Assembly (NCBI GenBank): GCA_965218295.1
Contig: CBDCKN010000015.1
Location: forward strand, 128,001-192,000
Length of the DNA stretch: 64,000 bases
Origin: Longimicrobiales bacterium
GTDB taxonomy: Bacteria > Gemmatimonadota > Gemmatimonadetes > Longimicrobiales > Gaopeijiaceae
Direction of reading: 5' to 3'
In this document: one piece after another, positions 10,157 to 18,869 of the stretch
Layout of the letters: each line of letters starts with the position of its first letter
How positions within the stretch are numbered: position 1 is the first letter of the stretch
Notes under the pieces: generated by a model
What the model was told of the DNA's origin: nothing
Database searches by the model: none
What the model saw: the letters and a program-made list of their open reading frames with translations, nothing else
Translations under genes and position numbers: made by a program

Positions 10157-10768
10157 CTAGCCATCCCCCACCGCTTCGGAGATGTATCCCATCTCGACGG
10201 CATATGCGTGGAGTCGCTCCTGGAGCTGCCGTCTGCCTCTGAACAGTCGACTCTTCACTGTCCCGACCGGAATCTCCATGATTTCGGCAATCTCGTTGTA
10301 GGAAAGGTCCTCGAGGTCCGACAGGACCACGGCCATTCTGTATTCACCCGGCAGGTCATCGATGGCGCGAAGGACCTCCTCGTCTACGATCGAGCGGAAG
10401 AACTCACCCTCCGGATCGGCGTCCTTGGACGCCGCGAACACGGCAGCCTCGCGCGAGAGCGCCCTGGGATCCTCGTACGCCGTCTCCGCCACAATCTCGT
10501 CGTGGCGTTGCCCCCGCTCCCGCTGCCTGAGGAACACGTTCCTGCAGATAGTGAAGAGCCAGCTCTTGCATCGTGTTCCCGGCGTGTACTGCTCCCAGGC
10601 TCTGAAGGCCCGGAAGTACGTGTCCTGTACGAGATCCTCGGCCCCGTCCTGGGTCCCGGCCAAGCGCAGAGCGAACCGATACACGGCGTCCATATGCGGG
10701 ATCGCTTCATCGACGAAGCTCGCCCCCTGCTGGTTCACGTGATTCGGAAGTCTCTCGCTGCTCGTCAC
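10157..10768 (-). CDS. ECF sigma-70 factor (SigH/SigR-like)
   Basis: AEDLVQDTYFRAF, KSWLFTICRN, LSYNEIAEIMEIPVGTVKSRLFRGR. Confidence 0.9.
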   Translation of the reverse strand: MTSSERLPNHVNQQGASFVDEAIPHMDAVYRFALRLAGTQDGAEDLVQDTYFRAFRAWEQYTPGTRCKSWLFTICRNVFLRQRERGQRHDEIVAETAYEDPRALSREAAVFAASKDADPEGEFFRSIVDEEVLRAIDDLPGEYRMAVVLSDLEDLSYNEIAEIMEIPVGTVKSRLFRGRRQLQERLHAYAVEMGYISEAVGDG

Positions 10769-10818
10769 GGATCTTGGCGCCCAGTGGTGGCATTGAAGCC
10801 GTAGTGCGGCTCAGGAGA

Positions 10819-11241
10819 TCAGTCTGGAAAGACGAACTCTGTGGCCAGCTCGTCGGTGACTGAGCCCCCGGTCACCAGCTCGATGAGGGCCACCATCTCC
10901 TGCCCGATCTCCTCGAGACGCGACAGGACGGAGAAAGCGTGGGCGAAATCGAAATAGGCCGATACGGCTCCTTCGTGAGCCGGATGCGTGGTCGTCACCG
11001 TCGTCTCCATCTCGACCCGCAAGGTGTCGACGATGGCTGCCACCGCACTGCGGAGTGCTCTCTGCTCGGCTAGTGTCTCGATGGACCAGTCCCCGCTCAG
11101 GCGGGGAAGCAGGGCGGCCACCTGCTCCCGCTCCTCCGGTGGAGCGGCCACGACGCCTCGCTCCAGGGCATGGTCGTCGAGCATCTGCCGCGCGCCGGCC
11201 TTCAGCGCCGTCAGTTCCTCGAAATTGCAGTGCACAATCAC
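10819..11241 (-). CDS. Hypothetical protein
   Basis: 140-aa helical ORF co-oriented with neighbours, GAGG/GGAG upstream. Confidence 0.7.
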   Translation of the reverse strand: MIVHCNFEELTALKAGARQMLDDHALERGVVAAPPEEREQVAALLPRLSGDWSIETLAEQRALRSAVAAIVDTLRVEMETTVTTTHPAHEGAVSAYFDFAHAFSVLSRLEEIGQEMVALIELVTGGSVTDELATEFVFPD

Positions 11242-11320
11242 GGCTCGCTCCCTCTGTTACCGAACTCCCCCCTCCCTATCTACTTATTCCATCGGCAGAT
11301 TGTTTCTGCAAGTCAAGCGT

Positions 11321-11737
11321 TCAGGCGAGGGCACCCTGCACCAGGGGTGGTCCGTCCACGACGAGTGAGATGGACACGTGGTGCTCGCCGTCGACCTTGA
11401 CGTCGAAGCTGTAGCGACCAGGTCCGGGAAACACCAGTCCGTCCAGATTGAGTACATGGGGCACCCGGATGCCGGCGCCCGCGCCGGGGCCACCCACCAG
11501 CTGCATCTCCCCGTTCAACGACAGCACCTCGGCCCCGTTCGGATCCGACAGCCGGATCTCCATCTCGTGCGTCCCCACCTCCGAGGTTCCGGCCGTGAGG
11601 CGCAGGACAAGCGAGATGCGTCCGTGCTGAGCGGGGAACTGACTGACGCTGATACGGTCGAAGATCCCGAGGATGTTGATCTTCCCGGTGGCGTCGATCG
11701 TGGCGGCGTCGGCCAGTAGGGCCAGATCTATCTCCAT
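11321..11737 (-). CDS. Hypothetical all-beta protein (DUF6941-like)
   Basis: LALLADAATIDATGKINILGIFDRI...FPGPGRYSFDVKVDG. Confidence 0.7.
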   Translation of the reverse strand: MEIDLALLADAATIDATGKINILGIFDRISVSQFPAQHGRISLVLRLTAGTSEVGTHEMEIRLSDPNGAEVLSLNGEMQLVGGPGAGAGIRVPHVLNLDGLVFPGPGRYSFDVKVDGEHHVSISLVVDGPPLVQGALA

Positions 11738-11773
11738 GTCACTTCCTCACTCGAAGGCGCTGAAGAAATGAGA

Positions 11774-12502
11774 CTAAGACAGTAACCGCTCGCTCAGCAC
11801 GAGACCGGCCACAAGGTCTATGAGCGTGTGGGCAACGATCGGCGGCCAGAGGCTTCCCGTGTGGAGGAAGACAGCACCCATGATCAGCCCGACGACTCCG
11901 GTCCTGACCACACCAATCGGGCCCTGGTACGCGTGGAGCACTCCAAAGGTCGCGGAGGTCACGATCAGTGCCAAGGTGGCCGACCCAGTGGCCAGGACGA
12001 GAGCCGTGAGAGCGTACCCGCGGTACGCCATCTCCTCGCCGAAACCGGCACAGAGAGACAGGCCGGCGAAGAGCCGCCTCTCCTTGCCCGTCACCGGCAT
12101 GAGCTGGTGCACCAACCGGGTTTCCTCGGTCCCCAGGGCCCTCCGCACCGCCCGGAACACCAGGAGGGTGCCGATGCCGATCAGAAACAACGCTCCGGTC
12201 CACAGGACGTTCGCAACCGACAAGGGAGCCTCGAGTCCCAGAGCCGGCGGTCCCACCAAACGCCGTCCCATGAAAAGGCTCAGAATCCCGAGCAGCAGAA
12301 CCGTGGAGCCGGAGGTCATGTACGCCGGCGCCCTCTCGATGACCACGTCGCGCGCCAACACCATCTGGCCCAGCGCCAGGGTCGGAAGAAGCTCGAGAAG
12401 CCCCGCCAGGAAGAGCGCATCGAGAAGCCCGAGCGCTGTCGCCTTCACCAGAAGTAGCACGATGACGGGGTAGGCGAGGGCCCCGGCCAGCACGATCCTC
12501 AC
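11774..12502 (-). CDS. CPBP (Abi/CAAX type II) intramembrane glutamic endopeptidase
   Basis: GFGEEMAYRG, FGVLHAYQG, SLWPPIVAHTLID. GTG start overlaps the upstream TGA (12499-12502). Confidence 0.85.
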   Translation of the reverse strand: MRIVLAGALAYPVIVLLLVKATALGLLDALFLAGLLELLPTLALGQMVLARDVVIERAPAYMTSGSTVLLLGILSLFMGRRLVGPPALGLEAPLSVANVLWTGALFLIGIGTLLVFRAVRRALGTEETRLVHQLMPVTGKERRLFAGLSLCAGFGEEMAYRGYALTALVLATGSATLALIVTSATFGVLHAYQGPIGVVRTGVVGLIMGAVFLHTGSLWPPIVAHTLIDLVAGLVLSERLLS

Positions 12503-13952
12503 GCCAGGAGCTCCCGTCCGATCTCCTCCACCATACGGAGTGTGCCCACCACGTCCTCCCGAGTCGACGTGTAGTTCATCACGCACAAGCGGAGCGAGTA
12601 CGCCCCCCTCAAGCGCGTGGACGAGACCATGGCGTAGCCGCTCGATACGATCCGCTCCTGGATCTCGACATTCAGCTCCTCGAGGCCCTCGGGATCGATC
12701 TCGTGGCTCGCCGGACTGTAGCGATAGCACACGACGCCCAGCCTCGCCGGACTGAGCAGCTCGAGCTCGGAAGAGCCCGACACGTACCGTTCCGCCTCCC
12801 GCGCCAGATCCATCGACCGCTGGATCGCCACGCGGAACGCACCCACCCCAAAGGTCTTGATGGACATCCAGACCTTCAGCGCCCGGAAGGACCGGGAGAG
12901 CTGAAGGCCGCGGTCACCGAGTTCACGTGATCGCGACCCATCTGAGCATCCTGGAGGTATTCGGGGCTCGTGCTGAAGGCCGATTCGAGCTCCGAGGCAT
13001 CCCGAACCAGCAGACATCCGGTCTCGTACGACTGGAACAGCCACTTGTGGGGATCGAGCGTTACGCTGTCGGCGAGATCGACTCCGTCCAGGGCTGCCCG
13101 GCCTTCTTCCGTGAGCACGGCAAAGCTCCCGTACGCGCCGTCGACGTGAAGCCAGAGGCCCTCCTCTCTGCAGAGCCCACCGAGCTCACGGAGCGGATCC
13201 ACCACCCCCGTGTTCGTCGCCCCACCGTTCGCAGCCACCAAGAGGGGGTTGAGTCCTGCATCGCGATCGCGCTGGATCGCCTGCCGCAAGGCGTCCAGGT
13301 CCATTCGATACTCGTCATCCGTGGGAATCGAGCGCACGGCATCTAGCCCGAATCCCGCGATGCGGGCTGCCCGGCCAAGGGAGAAGTGGGCCTGGTCCGA
13401 GTTGTACAGGATGGGATCGGCAGGATGACCGCGGCTGGCCCAGGCCGTCACCAGCGCGTCGAGGTTCGCAGCCGAACCGCCGCTCGTAAATACGCCCCCG
13501 GCCGTGGCCGGGAGTCCGAGCCATTCACGGAACCAGTCAAGGACGACGAGCTCGATCTGACTCGGACCGGCGGACTCGAGCCAGGTCCCCTGGAACACGT
13601 TGAATCCGGACGCCAGCATGTCCGCCAACAGCGTTGGCCAGGTCGGGGATGAAGGGACGAAGGCGAAGAAGCGGGGATGATCGATTCGTCCTGCGTAGCG
13701 CATGACCTCGTTGGCCGCACGCTCCATCACTTCGAGGGGCGGTGAGCCCTCTTCGGGAGCCACCTCCCGGAAGAGCGCCTCCATCTCCTCACGGGTGGCT
13801 CCGACCCAGGCCGCGCTCTCGCGCAGCATTGTCCAGCGTTTCACGATGAGATCGACGGCCTCGTAGCCGAGGCGACGCATCTCGTCCTCGTCCAGGACGA
13901 GTCCGTTGTCGTGTGGCCGCCGCCCCCGTCCATCGATTGTTCCTTCCACCAT
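12499..13952 (-). pseudogene. Group II PLP-dependent (aromatic) amino acid decarboxylase with a single-base frameshift
   Basis: HPRFFAFVP, WLHVDGAYG, DPHKWLF. Reads AAC TCG GT at 12920 where AAC TTC GGT would give NFGDRGLQLSRSFRALKVW, which is present in the other frame. May be a sequencing error. Confidence 0.8.
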
Positions 13953-14106
13953 GCCTCCTCGCCCACAGAGCCACCCGTAATCCCCGGGTCCGTTTTCATC
14001 CTGACGGCTCCGGCAGACCGGAGCACGCCACGGCTCTAGGAATTCCGGAGACCCCACGCTAGCCTATGACATCCGGCTGGAGCCTCGTTCCCACACCGAA
14101 AGGCAT

Positions 14107-14433
14107 ATGGCCACCGTCACCCCAGAGCACAAGGCGGTTTTCCGCGTTCTGGATGCCATGGACGCCCCCCACGGCGGCCGGCTGCTGAAGCTCCGTTTCC
14201 AGTCCGGGGAAGCTCCCACGACCCGCGAGCTCAAGGGCGCGACGTTACGGGCTGCCTCACCGGACGGCCAGAGGTCGTGCAGGATTCGGGTGGACCGGTT
14301 CGCCCTGTTCGGTGGGCGACCTTCAGACGATCGCATGCACCGCACCGGGCGGGTGGACGTTCATGTATCGGCCGTGGAGGGCGACGCCGGCGCCATCGGC
14401 CTCAAGTGGGAGGTCTCAGGCCCGCTGCCGTAG
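14107..14433 (+). CDS. Hypothetical protein
   Basis: 108-aa ORF filling the gap between genes; natural composition. Confidence 0.6.
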   Translation: MATVTPEHKAVFRVLDAMDAPHGGRLLKLRFQSGEAPTTRELKGATLRAASPDGQRSCRIRVDRFALFGGRPSDDRMHRTGRVDVHVSAVEGDAGAIGLKWEVSGPLP

Positions 14434-14434
14434 C

Positions 14435-14484
14435 GGCGCAGCCCCGAGCTCTGGCGCAGCCCCAAGCCTTGGCGTAGGGGCTAC
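14435..14484. repeat. Two 18-bp imperfect tandem repeats with hairpin between convergent genes (REP-like / possible terminator)
   Basis: GGCGCAGCCCCGAGCTCT, GGCGCAGCCCCAAGCCTT, then GGCGTAGGGGCTAC; AGCCCC...GGGGCT stem. Confidence 0.45.
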
Positions 14485-15185
14485 CTCAGGCCGGGAGGCT
14501 CCCGCTCGAACGTTTCCAGGAACCACCGGCGGTACTCCTCCTGCTGTCCAGGATTCGCGTCCAGCCAGGCACTCCTCTCCTCCGTGAATTCGTCGGGGCG
14601 GGACGTGAGGATGAGCGCCTCCAGAAAGCCGTGCTCCCGCGCATACATGATCTCGTCAAGCGGCCCATAGGGAGTCATGTCGAACAGGGCCCTTCCGTAC
14701 AGCCAGGCGTCCGCCACTCGGGTGAGGATGGCTTTCTCGAGCTCATATCCCTCAGCCTCCGCGGCCTCGGGAAGGAACTCGTCCAGCCGCTCCATCGTCT
14801 TCATGAGATGGTAGTGCCCGTAGAAGGCCATGATCGAGCCCGACTCCGGCGCGACCGCCGGCACCAACACGAACGCCGTGTCGGAGCTGATCGTGAGCCC
14901 GTCCCAAGGATACGTCTCGCCAGGTGTGGCATTCTCGATGATCCAGAACGACGGATCCATCGTGATGTTTTCCTGCTGGGCACGCACCCAGATGTCGATC
15001 TCGGACAGTCGAGCCCGGTCGGCCTGAAGCCTGGCTCCGGAACGGACGATGAGAGAGCGGGGGGCAGGAAGCGAAGCCGCGGTCGTGCAGGCGCCCAGGA
15101 TCAGGACGGCCATCGCGAGCAGACGACGCGAGGTAAGCCTCTGAAACTGCCGAAGGGAGTAGCGACTCGGGTGTTCAAAGCTCAT
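14481..15185 (-). CDS. Hypothetical lipoprotein
   Basis: RRLLAMAVLILGAC lipobox-like signal; natural composition. Start uncertain. Confidence 0.7.
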   Translation of the reverse strand: MSFEHPSRYSLRQFQRLTSRRLLAMAVLILGACTTAASLPAPRSLIVRSGARLQADRARLSEIDIWVRAQQENITMDPSFWIIENATPGETYPWDGLTISSDTAFVLVPAVAPESGSIMAFYGHYHLMKTMERLDEFLPEAAEAEGYELEKAILTRVADAWLYGRALFDMTPYGPLDEIMYAREHGFLEALILTSRPDEFTEERSAWLDANPGQQEEYRRWFLETFEREPPGLR

Positions 15186-15299
15186 GACTGATCTAGCTCC
15201 GAGTGCCGGAGGTCCGAAAAATGCTTGACACTCCAACATCACGGAGCGGAATTGGAGGTCATCTTCATCTGGATGCGATATACGGCACGATAGCTAAAA

Positions 15300-15851
15300 A
15301 TGACCGAGGCCACGCGGGAGTTCCATGCTCCCCAGACGATAACACCTGAGAACCTCGGTGACGACCTCGCCCGTCTCGTTTGGGAAAGCTTCACCGATTT
15401 CATCTCAGAAGGCGACCGCGAGACCGTCCTTAGCGGCTTGGGCTTGGTGGACCTGAAGGGTGAGCCCGATCAGCACGCCGTAGAGGAGGCCCTCATCTTC
15501 CTCATGTGGGCCCACACCCGGGGTGCGCAGCAAGCGTTCGTAGGTCGCGCCCCCGCCGACCTGCTCAAACGGACCCTCGATGCCCTCCACGCAGCGGTCT
15601 TCGAGGACATGGTGGAGAACGGAACCCCCGAGGCCCAGCTTCCCTTCTTCGAGCAGCGAGTGGGCGCCCGTTACGCGGAGTACCACGCAGCTTCCGCCAG
15701 CTCCGATTCGAGCCTGGGCGAGGCCGTTGTGCAGCACCTTACGGGCAATACCAAGCCGCCGAAGCCCCTGACGCTGGCCGTCACGGAACGGGCGGTCGAG
15801 GTGGCACGTCCATTGCGGGATTACCTGGAGGACGTAGAGCTCGTCCCCTGA
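15300..15851 (+). CDS. Hypothetical protein
   Basis: 183-aa ORF divergent from the lipoprotein, protein-like composition. Confidence 0.7.
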   Translation: MTEATREFHAPQTITPENLGDDLARLVWESFTDFISEGDRETVLSGLGLVDLKGEPDQHAVEEALIFLMWAHTRGAQQAFVGRAPADLLKRTLDALHAAVFEDMVENGTPEAQLPFFEQRVGARYAEYHAASASSDSSLGEAVVQHLTGNTKPPKPLTLAVTERAVEVARPLRDYLEDVELVP

Positions 15852-16030
15852 GTCCCCCGCCACTTCATGATCTCGAAGGGACTCCGGCAGTCGCGGCACC
15901 AGTAGCTGGAGACCGAGAGCTGGGAGCCGAACGGATTCATCAGCTCCGTCTCCACTCCCTCACAAAAAGGACATGAGGGGGACTCGGGAAGCCCGCCTGG
16001 AGAGGGGGTCGCTTCTCGAACTTCCCTCAT
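15821..16030 (-). CDS. Stand-alone PaaD-type zinc-ribbon protein
   Basis: CPFCEGVETELMNPFGSQLSVSSYWCRDCRSPFE resembles the PaaD C-terminal CxxC...FGS...CxxCxxPF; ATGA overlap with paaC-like stop. Confidence 0.8.
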   Translation of the reverse strand: MREVREATPSPGGLPESPSCPFCEGVETELMNPFGSQLSVSSYWCRDCRSPFEIMKWRGTQGTSSTSSR

Positions 16031-16827
16031 TCTACGAACAGCATCCGGTTGAGGTCACCCCGCGCGCGTGCCACGGACTCGTCGTCGGGATGACCGGGTC
16101 CCCTGCCCCGCTCGGAATCCCACGCCTCGCGATCCGGCTCCACGGCCGAGAGGTCGATGTCCACCAGGGAGAGTAGCTCCCCGTAGCGTTCGGCGAACCG
16201 GGAGCGGAGCACCTCCCCCTCCGGAACCAGCCCCGACCCGGCCTGGGCCTCACCCACCTCGTCGGCGGGCGTGAGCCACGCCAACGTCCGCGCCAGCATG
16301 GACAGGGCCGCCTCACGCAGCCGCGTGCGTCCCTCCTCGGAGCCGCCCGCCAGCTTTCGGAACCACGCGACTCCCAGGTCGTGATGGAACGTCTCCTCGG
16401 CGAGCATCTTGGGGATGCGTGAGCGAGTCGGCTCGTAGACACCCTCGGAGAAGCCCTCGAGCGCCACGGACAGGGCCCCGTCCACGACGACGCACGCAGC
16501 CACCACGGCGGCCCAATCAGCAAGAGGCTCGTCCAGAGGGTCGGGATTCGCGTACTCCTCGGCCGCCCGCTCGTGCTCCACCGCCGCCGGATCCATGCCG
16601 AAATCCTTGAGCATGGCATACAGCAGGCGGGCGTGTCCCCATTCGTCCTGGGCCATGGAGGAGGCCGCGATGCCCGTCTCGATGGACGGCGCTCCAAGAA
16701 GCCAGTCGGAATAGCGGATTCCCATCAGGCGTTTGCCGTCGGCCAGGGAGAGGAGAGCCCGGCGAAGCCCTTCCCGGGCGGCAGGTTCCATGTCCTGAAC
16801 GCTCTTGAACGTGGTCTCGGCGCTCAC
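16027..16827 (-). CDS. paaC: PaaC-like structural subunit of aryl-CoA epoxidase (ferritin-like)
   Basis: GAPSIETGIAASSMAQDEWGHARLLY, EETFH. GTGA-coupled to paaB-like gene. Confidence 0.75.
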   Translation of the reverse strand: MSAETTFKSVQDMEPAAREGLRRALLSLADGKRLMGIRYSDWLLGAPSIETGIAASSMAQDEWGHARLLYAMLKDFGMDPAAVEHERAAEEYANPDPLDEPLADWAAVVAACVVVDGALSVALEGFSEGVYEPTRSRIPKMLAEETFHHDLGVAWFRKLAGGSEEGRTRLREAALSMLARTLAWLTPADEVGEAQAGSGLVPEGEVLRSRFAERYGELLSLVDIDLSAVEPDREAWDSERGRGPGHPDDESVARARGDLNRMLFVE

Positions 16828-17045
16828 TGCGAACTCCCCCCCGAAGCGAACGGTCCGTCCGTTCGATTCACGGGGATGATAGCTGAGCGAGGGATCACAC
16901 ACATCTCGAACCAGCGCTCCTCGTCGTAGGTCTTCCACGCATAGACCCGTGCCATCTCATCGTCGAGGGCATTCAGATATCCGACATGCTGGAGAGGCTC
17001 ACCTCGCTCTTTCCGGGCGAATACGTCGTAGAGGGGCTCTTCCAT
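16824..17045 (-). CDS. paaB: PaaB-like small subunit
   Basis: MEEPLYDVFARKERGEPLQHVGYLNALDDEMARVYAWKTY...MCVIPRSAI matches the PaaB pattern (YEVF...HVGS.HA.D.EMA). Confidence 0.75.
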   Translation of the reverse strand: MEEPLYDVFARKERGEPLQHVGYLNALDDEMARVYAWKTYDEERWFEMCVIPRSAIIPVNRTDGPFASGGSSQ

Positions 17046-17065
17046 ATGATCGGTCCTCTTCGGCT

Positions 17066-17494
17066 CTATCCCACTCCCACGCCGAGGCGGCGAAGCTTCT
17101 CGCGGCCCTCCGCCGTGATGCGGTCGTTGGTCCAGGGTGGAGACCACACCTCGTGGATCTCCACCTCGTCGATCCAGCTCTCCTGCAACAGCCTGTCGCG
17201 AAGGTCGTCGCGGATGAAGTCCATGCAGGGACATGCGGTAGCGGTGAACGTGAGCTCGATCCGGGCGACGCCCTCCGACCAGTCGACTCCGTAGATAAGC
17301 CCGAGCTCGACGAGGCTCACCGGGATCTCCGGGTCCAGGACCTCGCCGAGAGCCCACCACGTCGCCTCCGTCGGGTCCGACGGGCGGACCGTTAGAGGCT
17401 CGGACCAGAGGTCCCGGCCCCCGCTGGCGTGCAACACCGTGGCCGCTGGAGCGGCATCGGGGAGTCGGCCGGGGCTCAGCACCGGGATCTTCAT
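17066..17494 (-). CDS. paaD: PaaD-like DUF59/MIP18 metal-sulfur cluster protein (no Zn ribbon)
   Basis: VLDPEIPVSLVELGLI, TFTATACP, WSPPWTNDRITAEGREKLR. ATGA overlap with paaA-like stop. Confidence 0.8.
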   Translation of the reverse strand: MKIPVLSPGRLPDAAPAATVLHASGGRDLWSEPLTVRPSDPTEATWWALGEVLDPEIPVSLVELGLIYGVDWSEGVARIELTFTATACPCMDFIRDDLRDRLLQESWIDEVEIHEVWSPPWTNDRITAEGREKLRRLGVGVG

Positions 17495-18435
17495 GCCGCG
17501 TCCAGCCATGCTCCCACCTGGCTTCGGGACCGCCTGAAGGACTCCACGTAGATCTCGTTCATGGGTCCTCGGGCCTTCCAGCGCTCGAACACCGCGTCCC
17601 ATGTGAGCTCTCCGTCCTCGAAGAACCAGCGCTTCTCCGCCGCGTCATAGTGACACGGGAAGGGGTAGTCCTTGACGTACGTCTCGCTCCGTTCGTCGTA
17701 GTGCGCCGGAATGTGCAGGCCGAGGGATTCGCAGAGAGGGACGGTGGAGGCCATCCAGACCTGCCTGAGCTGATCGTTGGTGAGCCCCTTTAGCTTGTAG
17801 TCGAGCTGGCCGCTGTGGCGTTTGAGGTCGTCGGGAAGCCCGAACCATTCCAGCGTCATGGGGAACATCCAGTCCACGGCCCTCTGGACCATGTCCCGCG
17901 CCTCGCCGCCGGCCTCCGCCAGGCGCTTCATCCACACCTCACCGTGCCTCAGATGGAACGTCTCCTCCATGCTGACCTTTATCAGGGCCCGCTTGAGAGG
18001 CCCGTACGACGTGTTCTCGTGGACGTCTGCCAGCAGCGAGATCCCGGCACGGTCGAAGAACCCGTTGGCCACGACCAGCTCGGCCCAGTTGTCCAGGGGC
18101 TGGTCGAAGCCGTACGGATGCTTGAAGTCGTGTGGCTCACGCTCGTAGACCAGGTACTCCTTGGACTCACCCAGATCCTCGAGGAGTCGGTACGCGATAT
18201 TCGCGTGGGCCAGCTCATCCTGAATGATGGCGTGGGCGCTGACCTGGGTGTTGGCCGAGGGCGCGTGACGGGCGGCCATCCAGTACGCCGGGCCACTCAT
18301 GAGCTCGGTGTCGGCCTGGACAGTGAGCTGGACGACCAGGGACATTCGATACCCCTCCGTCATCTCCTCGACGGACTCCACGATGTACCCGGCCTGGACC
18401 TTGGCTTTCAGCTCCTCCTCGGTGAAGCGTGCCAT
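17491..18435 (-). CDS. paaA: PaaA-like di-iron catalytic subunit of aryl-CoA epoxidase
   Basis: Ferritin-like ligands QADTE, QDELAH, FFDRAG, EETFH; TSYGPLKRAL, KLKGLTNDQLRQ. Start MARFTEE at 18435. Confidence 0.8.
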   Translation of the reverse strand: MARFTEEELKAKVQAGYIVESVEEMTEGYRMSLVVQLTVQADTELMSGPAYWMAARHAPSANTQVSAHAIIQDELAHANIAYRLLEDLGESKEYLVYEREPHDFKHPYGFDQPLDNWAELVVANGFFDRAGISLLADVHENTSYGPLKRALIKVSMEETFHLRHGEVWMKRLAEAGGEARDMVQRAVDWMFPMTLEWFGLPDDLKRHSGQLDYKLKGLTNDQLRQVWMASTVPLCESLGLHIPAHYDERSETYVKDYPFPCHYDAAEKRWFFEDGELTWDAVFERWKARGPMNEIYVESFRRSRSQVGAWLDAA

Positions 18436-18489
18436 GCTCAATGCTCGTCCTCTCTGAGGTTCGTGCCCCGATCGGCTGTCTCGATTGCG

Positions 18490-18520
18490 GTTCGAACGAT
18501 CGTTCGAACGAAATAGTCTA
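18490..18520 (-). promoter_or_regulatory. Perfect 20-bp palindromic operator with adjacent -10-like hexamer upstream of the paaA-like gene
   Basis: GTTCGAACGATCGTTCGAAC (18490-18509) is its own reverse complement; TAGACT on the minus strand at 18520-18515. Confidence 0.7.
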
Positions 18521-18567
18521 TACGACGACGCTCCTCGCATCCAGTGCTCGGAGCGGCGGAATCGTTA

Positions 18568-18867
18568 CTAAAGTCCCAGCGATGCCCGAATCAGTGGCGC
18601 GATGCGCTCGGGCGTCCATGGCGGGTCGAAGGTGAGGTCGACCTCGCAGCTCTCCACACCCTCCACCCCCTCCACGGCAGCCTGCGCGTCCAAGACGAGC
18701 TGGTCGGCGACAGGACACATTGGCGAGGTCAGCGACATGACCACATGCACGTCCCCACTATCGACCTCGATGTCGTAGACGAGCCCCAGGACGACGAGGT
18801 CGAGATCCAGCTCGGGGTCCTTGACCGTCTTCAGCGCGTTTCGGATGTCTTTCTCGGTGACAACCAT
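18568..18867 (-). CDS. DUF59/MIP18 (SufT-like) Fe-S assembly protein
   Basis: VKDPELDLDLVVLGLVY, MSLTSPMCP, LTFDPPWTPE. Confidence 0.85.
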   Translation of the reverse strand: MVVTEKDIRNALKTVKDPELDLDLVVLGLVYDIEVDSGDVHVVMSLTSPMCPVADQLVLDAQAAVEGVEGVESCEVDLTFDPPWTPERIAPLIRASLGL

Positions 18868-18869
18868 GC

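Noticed and set aside
15225..15253. TTGACA as a sigma70 promoter for 15300-15851
   Set aside because: No credible -10 at 16-18 bp spacing.
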